Notes: generated by a model from the sequence alone, not told the origin. Positions 1-11,731 are shown, numbered from the whole stretch's first letter. The stretch: 62,850 nucleotides of DNA, filler included, from Rhabdomonas costata (GCA_019059605.1; 52 parts of 52 records of this genome joined end to end with filler, not necessarily neighbours in it), one strand, 5' to 3'. A program made the numbers and translations.

Positions 1-18
1 GCTGGCTTCCGCACCCCA

Positions 19-165
19 CCGCTTCGCGGAGGCTGGCCATCGCCCCTAAACTAATGTTGTCCCAATCGATCCACAATGTCCGAAACGTTTAACACCATTA
101 AACGTTTAACGCCCTCTCCCAAATACAATTGTCCCCATATGAAGGGAAAAGGCAGGAGACCCAAA
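19..165 (-). repeat. Dispersed repeat family A, partial copy (homologous to the reverse complement of about 33360-33565)
   Basis: GCTGGCCATCGCCCCTAAACTAAT and AAACGTTTAACGCCC..CCCAAATACAATTGTCCCCA align with GCTGGCCTTCAGACCTAAACTAAT and AAACGTTTAACGCCCC..CCAAAATAACAATTGTCCCCA on the minus strand of the 33.4-kb copy. Confidence 0.8.
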
Positions 166-1111
166 TGACGGAAACAATTCCTTTTAGGGGGGGCCCCAGG
201 ACACACTGAAAGAGCGACGTAGGATGAACTTAGTACTACATCTTGGTCTATAGGTGCCTGTGATGGTGGAAGCCGTGATGAACTGTGATGGAACTGTGTG
301 CAGGCGTGAATCTGCGCGTAGGCCAAAGTTCACATTTTCGCTTCCACAGCAAACGCATCCTACACTCCAGCACCCCTCTGCAGTGTCTTTGCTGGTTGCA
401 ACCTAAATACCTTGCCCATTGCCACCATCAAAATGGCATCGGAAGGGCTGTTTGTCCGGCATTATTCAGGAGCCGTTGGAACATGGATTCGGAGCAGACA
501 GCAACAACAAGAAGACAAACCTGCGCAGCCCAGGAGGCTGCCACGGGTGCCCATAGAAGAAAAATTCGTGGAGCTCAGCGAGAACGAGGAGTTTGAGAAC
601 ACCGAGGAGGAGGCCCGGGAGGACGGCGGGTGGGCGACCCTACGGCGGGGCCTGGGCACAGGGCTTAAGTCGTCCACCACCGGCGCTTCACCCAGGGGTG
701 CCTGCCCATAAGGGTCACCAGCAGTCCAAACGAGACTGGAAGGCATTCTCTATTGTACCAATAAGTAGGGTGCACGCGCGCGTTCCGCGGAAAATGCCGG
801 GGAGCGTGTCCGAACGAAGCCATAGCTAGTCGGTTGGTATCGTTGTGTCTATCGGGATGCGTGAACGGGTGAAATAACGCGCGGTGAAAAAAATGACAGG
901 TTCCTCGCAGAGTTTTTTTTTTTGCAACTTATCAACGAACGTTGCATCCAAAACGAGGGGACGAGAAATGAAGGATCAAGCAATAAAAGCACCAAACAAA
1001 ACAAAATAAGGAGACTGCAGGGCACACGAGGCCCCTCGTCAATTTTTTTTGGACACACACAAAGGGCTCGAGGAAAAACGCTGAGCATCTCAGGGAGGGA
1101 AGAGAGACAAC

Positions 1112-1211
1112 NNNNNNNNNNNNNNNNNNNNNNNNNNNNNNNNNNNNNNNNNNNNTTAATTAATTAANNNNNNNNNNNNNNNNNNNNNNNNNNNNNNNNN
1201 NNNNNNNNNNN
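1112..1211. other. Artificial contig spacer N44-TTAATTAATTAA-N44 (first of 51; they recur about every 1,210 bp)
   Basis: An identical 100-bp linker with stops in all six frames separates contigs of near-identical length throughout the window. Confidence 0.99.
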
Positions 1212-4161
1212 CTGTGGCTTTCACACGCCTGGCTGATGCGGCGAATAAATCACTGTATGTTTCCGCGTTTCGTGTTCGGGTTCACGTTCGTGGGCTGCAT
1301 CTTTCTCCATCATGATGTCGCTGCTAACTGTCTTTTACACTTTGTTTAACATCTGCTGCGGGCCAACACCCTGAAGAACCGCAAGAGGTCCTCGCTGTTT
1401 GGGGCAACCACCAGAAACTCGGAATACGGTCCTCATCAATGCGAAGCAATGATTCCGACGTGTGTTGGAATTGTCTTCTTGACGAAGTCAAGCACTCAGT
1501 TCGCCCAGAACCTTCGTTTTTTTTCTTTCAGAAATGACGTTTCTGTGCAGCTCCCCGCCTCTGCCAATGAGTATTATGAGCAGTTCAGGGTTCTCAGTGT
1601 TGACCAAAAGATCTATCACACCACAGCAGGTTCGAATTTTTCCCAGGGACAAGGGTCAGATCTCGGGTCAAATCTTAGTATAGTTTATTTCCGACGTTTT
1701 CTTCGTCCCGTGCTCGTTCACAGTGATAGTCTCGCTGACCATCCTGGGCTGTGTGCTGGTGTATATGAAGTTCATTCTGGTTCCACTGACGTTGTCTTTC
1801 TTTCTCGCGTACTTCTTGGCCCCTATTGTTGATCTGCTGACCTCTCGGCCTTGGATTTGTTGTAGGGTCACCATATGGTTCACCTCTGGGCCCGAGACAT
1901 AAGCAAAGTTTGCCTCTCGTTCGGTCCATAGGTTATAGGTTATGATGTATTTTTGAGTGTTCTCCTTTGCTCTCTCTGAAGTGTGTGCGACTGTTTTCGA
2001 GTTTCCGTACACGCAAGCGCGTGCGCGAAGAAAAGAAAACAAAGGGGATTTCGTCAGTGAAACAAACCTGCACATCAGTGAAGAGCGTGAGGCGCAGTGG
2101 GTTTCTGCCCCCGGTCCACACTCCACACAAGAACTGCAAAAAATAAGGTCGACCTCCTCACTGACTCCTACCGCCTCAAGACGGAAGCTCTTCATTGTGC
2201 CGCCTCATCACACAGCTGTGCCCGCTGGACAGGAGCACCACCCGCATCCTCCTGAATAGTGTTCTGTACCCCCCCCCGTGTTTTTCCTTTTCGGGTCCGC
2301 AGCGTGCAGAAATGAAAGCATGNNNNNNNNNNNNNNNNNNNNNNNNNNNNNNNNNNNNNNNNNNNNTTAATTAATTAANNNNNNNNNNNNNNNNNNNNNN
2401 NNNNNNNNNNNNNNNNNNNNNNCCGCAGAAACTGCTCCCCGGTACCTTGTGGGTTGGGTTCTTCAAAGGCGTGCCTCCAAATTAGGATACTTCTGCCTAA
2501 CCAAAAGAGGAATGGAATGGAATGGAATTGAGAGAGTACTCGGCGTCTCCGCAACGGTTTCAGTCGCGTGCAACCATTTGTAATCGTCGATGCGGAAGGG
2601 AAACTTTCCGAAGTCTTCGGGCAGTATGTGAGTGGTGGAGAGCGGGTTGACAACCTCACCGGAACGCACGTTGGGCATTCTCTGTGTTTTCTTTGTGCTC
2701 CCCGCTGTCTTTCTCCCTTTTTCATTTCTTCCATTCTCCATTCGACTCCATTTCCATATTGATTGAATTGCTCTTGCCTGTTGGACCGACCCCCGCGGTC
2801 GAACCGTTGCAATGCGTCCGCTGCTTTGAAATTCTAATTCCACACGGCAACCGCTGGCTTATAGTTTGTTTAAGTTTAAGTTGCACCCCCCCCCCCCCCT
2901 CCCTTGAAAAAACCTTAACCTTATCTCTTCTACGGTAAATAAACTTCAGGGTGAATGAGGCAGGGAGAGGAGTGACTGCACTTCGGCCCTCTGATTCTTT
3001 CGGAATTTTCTACCGTGCACAAAGCCGAACTCTCCTGGAAGCCTCAGTGGGCGAATGGCCGACGAAGTTCCCCTTTGTTTTTCTCGTCTCCGCGCACATG
3101 CGTGTAGAAACACGAAAACTGTCGCACACTCCAGAAATCCGGACTCTCCGCAATACGCTTACACACGCACACACTGATACCCGGAAGCGATGCGGACACC
3201 TCCCAATCGTAGGCGCTGCCCTGGGAGGGCCCTTTGCAGCATTAAGGGAAGTTTTGATGACCAAATCTGGTAGGCTTTTGCCTTCCCATTGCTTTTTTTC
3301 CTTCGGAATGCGTGTGCTTATATTCTGAATTGATTAGGGACCCTGCGCTGATGGAGGTCTGCAGGGCGATCTACATGCAGAAGCGAGGCGCCAGCGTGGT
3401 GGAGGTTGTCTCGGTTAACCGCTCCTTTAACGGAAGGCGAGCGCGGAAAGGTTCTCGTCTCTTCCTGTTCTTTTGCGTTGAGTGGTATAAAGCTATCTGA
3501 GAAGAAGGAGTGGTTAACCGAGAAAACCACCACNNNNNNNNNNNNNNNNNNNNNNNNNNNNNNNNNNNNNNNNNNNNTTAATTAATTAANNNNNNNNNNN
3601 NNNNNNNNNNNNNNNNNNNNNNNNNNNNNNNNNGTCCCTTCCAACATTTTACGTGTTTACAGAGAAGGTGCATTAACAGGTGGCCAACCACCAAGAGCAA
3701 CATAAACACAGACACACACGCACATACACTTTGGGACAGCTGTCAGTGTGGGCAGCAGTCACCGCACAACGCCTCAGCTCTCTGGAGGTCCCCTGTTCTG
3801 CGATGATGAGCTGTATCTGCCCGGAGTCACAGGAAGCCAGTGCATTACAATCAACCATGCCACCATATCTGCTGGCCAAAAACCTCCCCCAATAAGTGAC
3901 GTTGTGCGGGAGTGGGAAAGCGCGAGCAACCAACATCCTTGGCCACCAAGAAAGAAGTCAACGAAAGTCTCCCGTGCAGGGGCAAGCATCCTGGTCCAGC
4001 CCCCCACCCCTCCACCTGCTGCTCTGCCAATGTCTCTTCGTCCTCCTCTCTCTTTCTCTCGTGGAGAAGGCTCAGAGGTGGCCGAGTGCAAACATTCTTT
4101 CCAAACGCGCGCGCGCACACACACACACACATTCTCTCTCCTACGGGAACGGGTAGGGGGC

Positions 4162-4459
4162 TCAGGGATGGGGCTGCTCGCCCAAGTTCAGGAGCATCTC
4201 AAACATGGCCTTGTACTGCCAGGCCTCGGTGTCCTCGAACCGCGCCCCCGGGGCCAGCACACGGCGCTGCACGCGCTCCCACGACCGCAGAGTTTCACGG
4301 ACCTTCCCGTACAGCACGCTGTTGATGGGCACGCCGGGCGCGCTGGCGCCGCGGTGCAGGACCTCCACGCTGTTCAGGGTGAAGGCGTCTAGCAGGACCT
4401 TCGCCAGCGTCCCCAGCACGCTCAGGGCCTGTTCCGTGGGCACCTTGCCAGGACCAGCG
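4162..4459 (-). CDS. Terminal exon of an unidentified protein-coding gene
   Basis: Pyrimidine-rich acceptor ...CCCTGTTCCATAG|, strongly GC3-biased codons (AGPGKVPTEQALSVLGTLAKVLL...EQPHP*), followed by stop. Confidence 0.7.
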
Positions 4460-4859
4460 CTATGGAACAGGGAGAATCCCAGCAGCAAAGGAGGGGAACG
4501 CACACACTCCTCGGAAATCGCAGAAAGAACAAAGAAGGAGGAGCAACTCGCAAGCTGCATGCCAGGGCGTTTCTGGTAGGTTCGCACGCATTTAAAGTGC
4601 AGAAGCCAGTGCGGCAGCCAAATACCCTGGCTCTACACTCTGAACATACCTTCCCTCAAGCAAGAAAGCTCTGGGTCTAGCAACGATCAGCGGGAATTTT
4701 TCCGAATGGACGTACACTGGTATCACCTCAAATTCAACCACCAANNNNNNNNNNNNNNNNNNNNNNNNNNNNNNNNNNNNNNNNNNNNTTAATTAATTAA
4801 NNNNNNNNNNNNNNNNNNNNNNNNNNNNNNNNNNNNNNNNNNNNGTTGTGGTGGATCTT

Positions 4860-5290
4860 TCCTCCCCTCTCCTGAAGACATTTCGGCAGGTTTCGTTTGC
4901 TGAAGGACTGTGCATCCTCGGCTCTTTCGTGGGTCCTTCAGAGGCCTTCGGAGACTACGCCGCAAAGCTCACTGACAAGCTTCATTATTAAATCGAGCGT
5001 TTGTTGGCTCTGGATGCCCACAAGCAGCCCTCCAGCTTCTACAAGATCGTTTATGCCTCCGGGACGATTCCTCCCGCGAAGATGCAGCCCGTTTTGGATG
5101 AATGACGGCTTTTGTGCGGTCGACGTTGGAACAGCTCTTGGATACTCATTTAGATGAAGCTCAGTGGATTCAGGCTTGCATCCCCATCTCTTCTGACGGC
5201 CTGGGTATCACGGACCCCTCCAGCATGGGTGCCCCTGCCTTCTGTCTTTGGCCCTGCGCTTCGTTTACGACGCCCAAACGGTCGGTCTAA
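4860..5290 (+). mobile_element. Degenerate non-LTR retrotransposon, RT C-terminal/thumb region (CRE-like)
   Basis: LDEAQWIQACIPISSDGLGITDPSSMGAPAF resembles the 'QA.LP...GGLGI....A..AF' motif after RT in RLE-type (CRE) LINEs; frameshifted. Confidence 0.65.
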
Positions 5291-5679
5291 CAGCTCCTGG
5301 CAGGCCCCCTGCCCTTTGGTTTGGCCGTTGCTATGCATGATGTTCAGGGTCCGAGCAAGGCAATGCAATACCTTACATCGGCAACGAAGGAAAAGCGTTT
5401 GCTGGAGAATGCGCGGAGGTCAAGTGATCATAGAGGGAAGAAAAAACGGAGAACACGTGCCGTAGATGTGGTGTGATTCAAAAGGGGGCAAACGCAACAA
5501 ATGTCCCCACAGACAGAGTGAGGAACAGGGATATCGTAAGGGTAGCAAATTTTTACTATGGGAGCATAGTTTTAAGAAAAGGTATCAGCCCCCCAGGTCA
5601 AGTTCCCGCCCCATCCGTCTAACGCTGTTCTACTCGTCCACCCATATCCCAGCCATTGGCAAGCCCTTCTTCTGCCGCG

Positions 5680-5830
5680 TTTTTCAGCTGCTAAGCAAAA
5701 ACAGTCATCCAGGGGGCACTGGCAAAGCTTACCTAACCCCCTTGCATATTTTACGCGGCCGCTTATAGTTAATTTAACAAAAGAAATATTCAGCCAGTTT
5801 TTTGTTACCACTCGTAACCGTTACACCCCA
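5680..5830 (+). repeat. Dispersed repeat family A-related copy (GGGCACTGGCARAGYTTACCTAACCCCC core)
   Basis: 28-bp core differs at 2 positions from 62524-62551; flanks AGCAAAA and GTAAC..TACACCCC are also shared. Confidence 0.75.
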
Positions 5831-6070
5831 GCCCCCCCAACTTCCATTGGGCCAACATACTTGGGGGGGAGAAGAGTTGCCATCGGCACGGGACGCTGTG
5901 GCCAGCATCGCCGAGGTCGCCGGCTTAGGGTGCCGCTGGGAGGCCACCCACAACCNNNNNNNNNNNNNNNNNNNNNNNNNNNNNNNNNNNNNNNNNNNNT
6001 TAATTAATTAANNNNNNNNNNNNNNNNNNNNNNNNNNNNNNNNNNNNNNNNNNNNGTGGTGGGTGTGTTT

Positions 6071-6150
6071 GGGGTTTTTGGTCACATTCAAAGCCACCGA
6101 ATCCCTGCTAATTACCACCTGACCAGACATCCTTTGCCTCACGTGAAGAC
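6071..6150 (+). repeat. Dispersed coding-relic repeat (family C), homologous to 27051-27133 minus strand
   Basis: GVFGHIQSHRIPANYHLTR-HPLPHVKT versus GVFAQIQSRAIHANYHLTRGHHLPHVKT. Confidence 0.75.
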
Positions 6151-6639
6151 CTTCCTCAGAGGAAGTTCTGTTCATGCTGCAGACGATGTACGTGTCCCCT
6201 GGGATTCTAGCAGATATCGCCATGGACATTTTTATTTCATGAATTACTGAGTGTAATCATTTTCTCGACCCCCCCCCAACTTTTACAACTACACTTTACA
6301 ACTACTCCTTTACATACTTTGAGGACCAACTCTGATCCCAGAGATTTCATATGCACCCTGAAAATGGATGTCTCAATGGACGGTAGGGGTAGGGTAATTG
6401 AGGGTGAGGAGTCTCTATGGCCTGGAGCCACGGATGCTTTCCGAAATGAAGCACCCCTTCGGCTCAATACGTCAGCGTGGAATTACCCCATCCCTCACCC
6501 CCTGAGAGGAGTCGATGTCTTACCGCTGCATGATGCCGTGGCACCAGATTCGAGTTCCTCAATCAAGCGACTCAGGGTCAGCGGTTTGACTGAACAGAAC
6601 CAGCTCCCTCCACAGCAGCAAGATCTTGCTCACACACCA

Positions 6640-7130
6640 CGGAGCCCAGAGCTTTCGATTTGGCCAACTTCACAGTTTCCCTCTATGAACGAGATCTGTT
6701 CTGCACCATGGTCAACACTTCCCTACATCCCTGATGTGATACGAGACGATTGGTTGCGCATATTCTCGGTAACTTTGAGGCATTTTGTACGCTTCCCAGG
6801 CTCCACTACCCTATCCCTAGTTTTCCTTGCATCGAAGGCACTGCTGGCGCAACCCACGCGGGGCGGAAGCAGTCGCAGGGAAGCGCTAAACAGGATGCTC
6901 AGAAACCGCATCCTTCAGTGGTAACGCGGAGAGATACTCGCCCTTTGGAACAAGCTGCTTGAGCGGAACCGCAGGCAAGCTGGAAAACCGAGACCTCCAA
7001 GACCGAAGCTAAACAGCTGGTGGATGCTGGGCACTTGTCGAAAGCTGGTGTCCCACGGCATCCATGAGAGAACACCTGAAAACGTGGAAACGATTCGATA
7101 GCTGTTGCCCCAGCCTGCCCACTCAGCTTC
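6640..7130 (+). mobile_element. Degenerate non-LTR retrotransposon ORF region upstream of RT (CRE-like)
   Basis: TLPYIPDVIRDDW...FLASKALLAQPTRGG...LRNRILQW resembles the pre-RT region of CRE-type elements; interrupted by a stop and frameshifts. Confidence 0.5.
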
Positions 7131-7501
7131 ACTACGAGGCCCCGTAATTGCGAGCTCCCAAACCCCNNNNNNNNNNNNNNNNNNNNNNNNNNNNNNNNNN
7201 NNNNNNNNNNTTAATTAATTAANNNNNNNNNNNNNNNNNNNNNNNNNNNNNNNNNNNNNNNNNNNNGTTGGGTATGTCTGTGTTTGTGTCGGACCGGGTG
7301 GGAGGGGAGGGGCTTCCATTCATTTGTGCACAGTTTGAGCCCTTTTGCATTGAGATAAACGAAGTTGCAGGCAAAGCCGAAGCAGGGGCCGAGGTTTCTT
7401 CTCTTCTGTATACAGGACCTCCAGAAGCGCTGTGTGGCCGGCTCTTCCACCCTTAGGCCGGTACTCAGAGCACAACCCCCTGCTCATCCTGCGAGCATTT
7501 C

Positions 7502-7796
7502 ACCTTTCTTTCTCCGAAGAAATAAAGCAATAACAGCACTCACCGGAACTTATCGGCATATTCGGCAGATTCGCTCACTCTCTTTTCAGAAGAACTCACT
7601 CACTTAGACACTCACTCACTCATTCAGTCACTCACGTAGACGGCGTTCTGGCCCGAGCTGGGGTCTCTCAGTACCAATGTCACTCACCACCGTGTGAAGC
7701 ACGTTGTTCAGCCGGAAGCCCCGTGCTCAGCGAATTGCAAATGGTGGCCACTGACTTTCCTCATCAGCGGTAGAACTGCTTCGCCTTTTAATAGTT
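7502..7796. mobile_element. Putative non-autonomous Helentron-type (HINE/DINE-like) element with internal (CACT)n microsatellite
   Basis: Terminal mini-hairpin TTTCT-CCGA-AGAAA, degenerate (CACT)n at about 7595-7635, other end CTTCGCCTTTTAATAGTT. Based on architecture only. Confidence 0.35.
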
Positions 7797-8055
7797 GAGA
7801 CTGGACATCAACTCAAATTAAAAATTAACATTGCGGGTGAGTGAGAGGGGGGGAGGCCAACAAGCTGCAAAGGATCAGAGTCCGATGCATTCCCAGTTCT
7901 TCTTCATTCCAGTGGTTTGTGCGCACCCCGTCCCATTCTATGAACTACTACTCTTCTACGCAATCCACCCTCACCCCCCATGCAACCGCCCCTCTTACCC
8001 CGCGCGCATGTGGTTAATTCCTTATATAAAACATGCTTCGGTTTTTGTTCTGCAG

Positions 8056-8151
8056 GTCACGATGCTGGTGATTCAGATTCGAAACCTGGTGCCCCTTCTC
8101 CAGGCGGGGCCCTCGGACACGATCGCGGCTATTAACACCTTCATCGCCGAG
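8056..8151 (+). CDS. Internal exon, possibly a degenerate class III nucleotide cyclase-like domain start
   Basis: TTTGTTCTGCAG| 96-nt in-frame exon VTMLVIQIRNLVPLLQAGPSDTIAAINTFIAE |GTGTCC; loosely matches 'VT.LF.DI.GF..L....P..V...LN.F' but lacks the catalytic Asp. Confidence 0.4.
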
Positions 8152-8477
8152 GTGTCCACACAGTGCATTGATTCGAGCGCACACCTTTTGAAATCAGCGG
8201 TTTCCTGGAAGGAACTGGGCCACCCTCCTTCATTCTGTTTTGTTATGGCTCCATTCGGTGCTAACTTGCACGGGCTCCTCGATTTTGACATACAGTATGA
8301 AGACATGCGGTTCTTTTCCTATTCTTATCACCACACGGGAGCCGGTTGGCTCGAAGCTTCCACCACTGGCAAAACACNNNNNNNNNNNNNNNNNNNNNNN
8401 NNNNNNNNNNNNNNNNNNNNNTTAATTAATTAANNNNNNNNNNNNNNNNNNNNNNNNNNNNNNNNNNNNNNNNNNNN

Positions 8478-9588
8478 TGTTGGTGTGCTGTTGATCATTT
8501 TTGTCGCTCGGTCCGTCACCGTCAGCACTTCGTCCACATCTTGCTCTGCCATCCTAACTGTGCTCGCTGGTAACGACACGAAGTCCACTGACACCAACTA
8601 CCACTTTCGTACAGGAATTCTAAGTTCTGCAAGTGTGGGCAAGTGATGGTCTGCCTTTCCTCTCTGGCAAATGTCACAAGTCCGAACGTACGCCCTCACT
8701 TTCCGCTTCATGTTCCTGAATGTAAACATCCTCTTCAGCATCCCTGCTGTCCTGGTTACTCCAAAATGACCCGCGGCTGTGTAATCGTGATACCTGGAAA
8801 TCACCTCCGTCTCTCGAGTCCTGGGCACTACAATTTTCCATCCTCCCAAATTCGACTATGGTGCCACTGCTCTGGACTCTTCAACTCTTTGGTCACTGAG
8901 TCGAGGTATTTTCTCCGAACCTCTGGGTCTAACCAGTAGTCCTCCAACTAATCTTCCGGATGTGTCACCTTCAATGGCGCGCACAGTGGACAATAAAGTA
9001 CAGCCTCACTGACTAGGCTTCATCTCTCTTCAGCTTTTTCTTCCTCTCTCTGTCCTCTCTTCCCACAACCTCTACGATATCCAACTCTGCCGCTTTTCCA
9101 CCCATCACACTATCCTGAACCTGATCTGCTTGGTTGCGCAAAAGCGCATCGGCGGCCACATTCTGTCGTCAGTGGATGTGTGAAACCTTCAACTTGTACC
9201 GCTGCAACATCTCCAGCCACCTCACTTGTCTGGGTGATGGTCTCCAGTTATTCTGCAGGTAACTTAACGCTGAGTTATCCGTATGAACCTGCACTTCTGC
9301 ACCCAGCAATTAATGCCTCCACTCTTCCAACGTGTCCACCAGTGTCAGCATCTCTTTTTCATGCACTGGGTAATTTTTCTCTGCCTTCGACAACTTTCGC
9401 GAACGACATCCCACCAACCTCAGATTTCCGTCCCCCCCCTTCTGCAAAAGCGTCGCTCCCAAACCAACCTCTGAGGCATCCGTGTGAAGGATTATGGGCT
9501 TCGACAAGTCCCGCACCGTCAGCACCGGGTATTTCAGCAGCCTGACCTTCAGCGTCTGAAACGCCTGCTCCTGAGCTTCTCCCCAAAC
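8478..9588 (-). mobile_element. Ty3/Gypsy LTR retrotransposon pol relic: RNase H, integrase zinc-binding domain, start of integrase core
   Basis: LHTDASEVGLGATLLQ...SRKLSKAEKNYPVHEKEML (RNase H); H..AAGHFGVTRT...VRTCDICQRGK (HHCC); VSVDFV...VLTVTDRATKM; several stops and frameshifts. Confidence 0.95.
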
Positions 9589-9688
9589 NNNNNNNNNNNN
9601 NNNNNNNNNNNNNNNNNNNNNNNNNNNNNNNNTTAATTAATTAANNNNNNNNNNNNNNNNNNNNNNNNNNNNNNNNNNNNNNNNNNNN

Positions 9689-9733
9689 GTGTTGGTGTTG
9701 GTGTTGGTGTTGGTGTTGGTGTTGGTGTTGGTG
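9689..9733 (+). repeat. (GTGTTG)n microsatellite leading into a G/T-skewed low-complexity tract
   Basis: About 7.5 tandem copies at the contig start. Confidence 0.95.
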
Positions 9734-10899
9734 TCACGGTGTCACAGGTTGGGGCTCAGGTGATGAGGTGTCAAGACGGGTGTTGTGTCTCCTTCCGGTG
9801 TCGGTGTCGGTGTCATTGTGGCTTCCTTCTCGCTCTCGTGGTGTGTCGTTGTGTAGCTTCTTTTGGTGGTGCTTGTGGTGGCGGGTATTCCAGGTTCGTG
9901 TGTCGGTGTGTCGAAGGAATTGGTGCTGGGCCTTGTGGTTGCTGATGTGGGTGGGTTTTTGGGTTCCGTTTCTCTGTTCGCTGGTCTTGCTGTTGTGGTG
10001 TCGCTGTCGTATCGCTGGGGTTGGTGTGTTATTCTGTACTTGCTGATACGGGAACATGCGGATGAGGCCGCCAACACCTGGTGGGCAAAGGTCATGTGTG
10101 ACCGGTGATGCAACGTCGCTCAAACACATGCACTGAAGCCGACCATGGATACGTGGGGTAAGCCATGCAGTAACCCTGATGGGCTCTGCTGCCATGACCC
10201 CACAGTTGGTTAGTGCTGGTCCCTCGCGTAGAGTAACGCTGTGGTGCACAACACCTAGTATCAGTCCTTACTCGTGGACCACCGCTACACGGCTGATATC
10301 GGAACCACCGGTAGTCGTGGAAGGGAGTCGTGACCCCAACCACCATAACGTCATCCAACCCCATATGGAGGATGAGTTATGACATAACCACCGTAGCCTG
10401 AGTGGACTAGGCACTATCTCAGAACCTAACCCGTGACGTTAGGTTGAGGCCCGAAAGGGAACGTGAGCGATGACGTGAGGAGTTCGTGACGTACCGACTA
10501 CGATGACCACCCTGATGCATGTCTACGGCTACTCCTACCACTCAACCAACCCAAGGTAGAGGAATGTGCAAAGTGGAGGGCGCAAAGCCCGACATGCTGA
10601 TGTTGATGATGCCTCTCATTGTGTCAAGGTGTCACCTCACCGCATCAACCCAACCACCAGCGTAGGAACCAGGAGTATCGCCATCCGGCTCCCTGATGGC
10701 GCCCTCACCTCGGGTCTGGTGACTCCCCTGGACACCGCAGGCGGGGTGATTGAGCGGCTTTTGGGCTTCTTGGGCTCTCCCAACCCGGGCGAGGAAACTN
10801 NNNNNNNNNNNNNNNNNNNNNNNNNNNNNNNNNNNNNNNNNNNTTAATTAATTAANNNNNNNNNNNNNNNNNNNNNNNNNNNNNNNNNNNNNNNNNNNN

Positions 10900-11731
10900 C
10901 TCGTCGAACCCCGCACCCACTTGGATCTCCCACAGCGGGGTGGGGTCCTTGCGGAAGTTCGGGATGGTCGTGGGCTGCACCTTCACCACGCGGTTGTTCG
11001 GCACCCACAGCACCGTGCAGGGCATCTGGTTGCCATGGGCGTCGAACAGTCGCGTGTTCCAAACCTTGATCCCCACGACGCCGATCCTGCGTGGGTGCAG
11101 CAGTGTCGCGCAGCCACTGTTTCCAACCGGCTACCCGCGCTGCTCCATTGAGCTGAGGTCTTTCAGGCCCCGTCCCCTATTCGAGTGGAAGAAACCTTAT
11201 TGCCAAGAAATCGCAGTTCGAGCTTCTCTGGATATTCATGTGCTGGCGAGAGACGAGGCGTGACATGGAGACCGAGCATTGCAGGAATCGAAAATCTCGC
11301 GTCGCGAAAGGAGCAAAGAGTGCTACATGGAAAGCCGTCGTGCTGCACGACCGGGGGCACGTGCATATTGTGGGAGGGGCAGGGCCGCAACCTGCGAGTG
11401 GTCTCCGGGTTGTACTCCCCGAAGGGGATGGCGGGCTTCTCTGGGAAGTGCTTCGCCTTATCCTTCTTGAAGGCTTCGTACCGAGCCTCCAGCAGCCTAC
11501 CAACAAACACGGGCGCCTAATTCTCACTCCCACGTACGCACCCGTTTGCTGGGCGGACGCAAACCTGTGCAAGTGTATGCGCGATCTGGGTTCAAGGTCT
11601 TCAATGAACCTCACTGGTGCATTAAACCCCTTTGGGTCCCTCCGGCCCCAGAAAAATAGAGGGTATTCTCCAGGGGTGGCCCCCGCCCCACAAATTCTCG
11701 AGACACGAAGGCGAGCAGGTCCCTTCCCCAT
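10900..11731 (-). CDS. MRPL3: Mitochondrial ribosomal protein uL3, 5' part; exons about 11731-11565, 11496-11392, 11086-10900
   Basis: Splicing two GT-AG introns gives ...RSRIHLHR|LLEARYEAFKK...EYNPETTR|RIGVVGIKVWNTRLFDAHGNQMPCTVLWVPNNRVVKV...EIQVGAG, matching the L3 N-terminal signature with an N-terminal extension. Start codon uncertain. Confidence 0.85.

Noticed and set aside
7640..7795. GAGGAAAGTC and CAGAAC (minus strand) as RNase P/MRP, CTGATGA as hammerhead or U3, CGCCTTTTA as U5 loop
   Set aside because: The required pairings (P4, stem II, U5 stem) cannot be formed.
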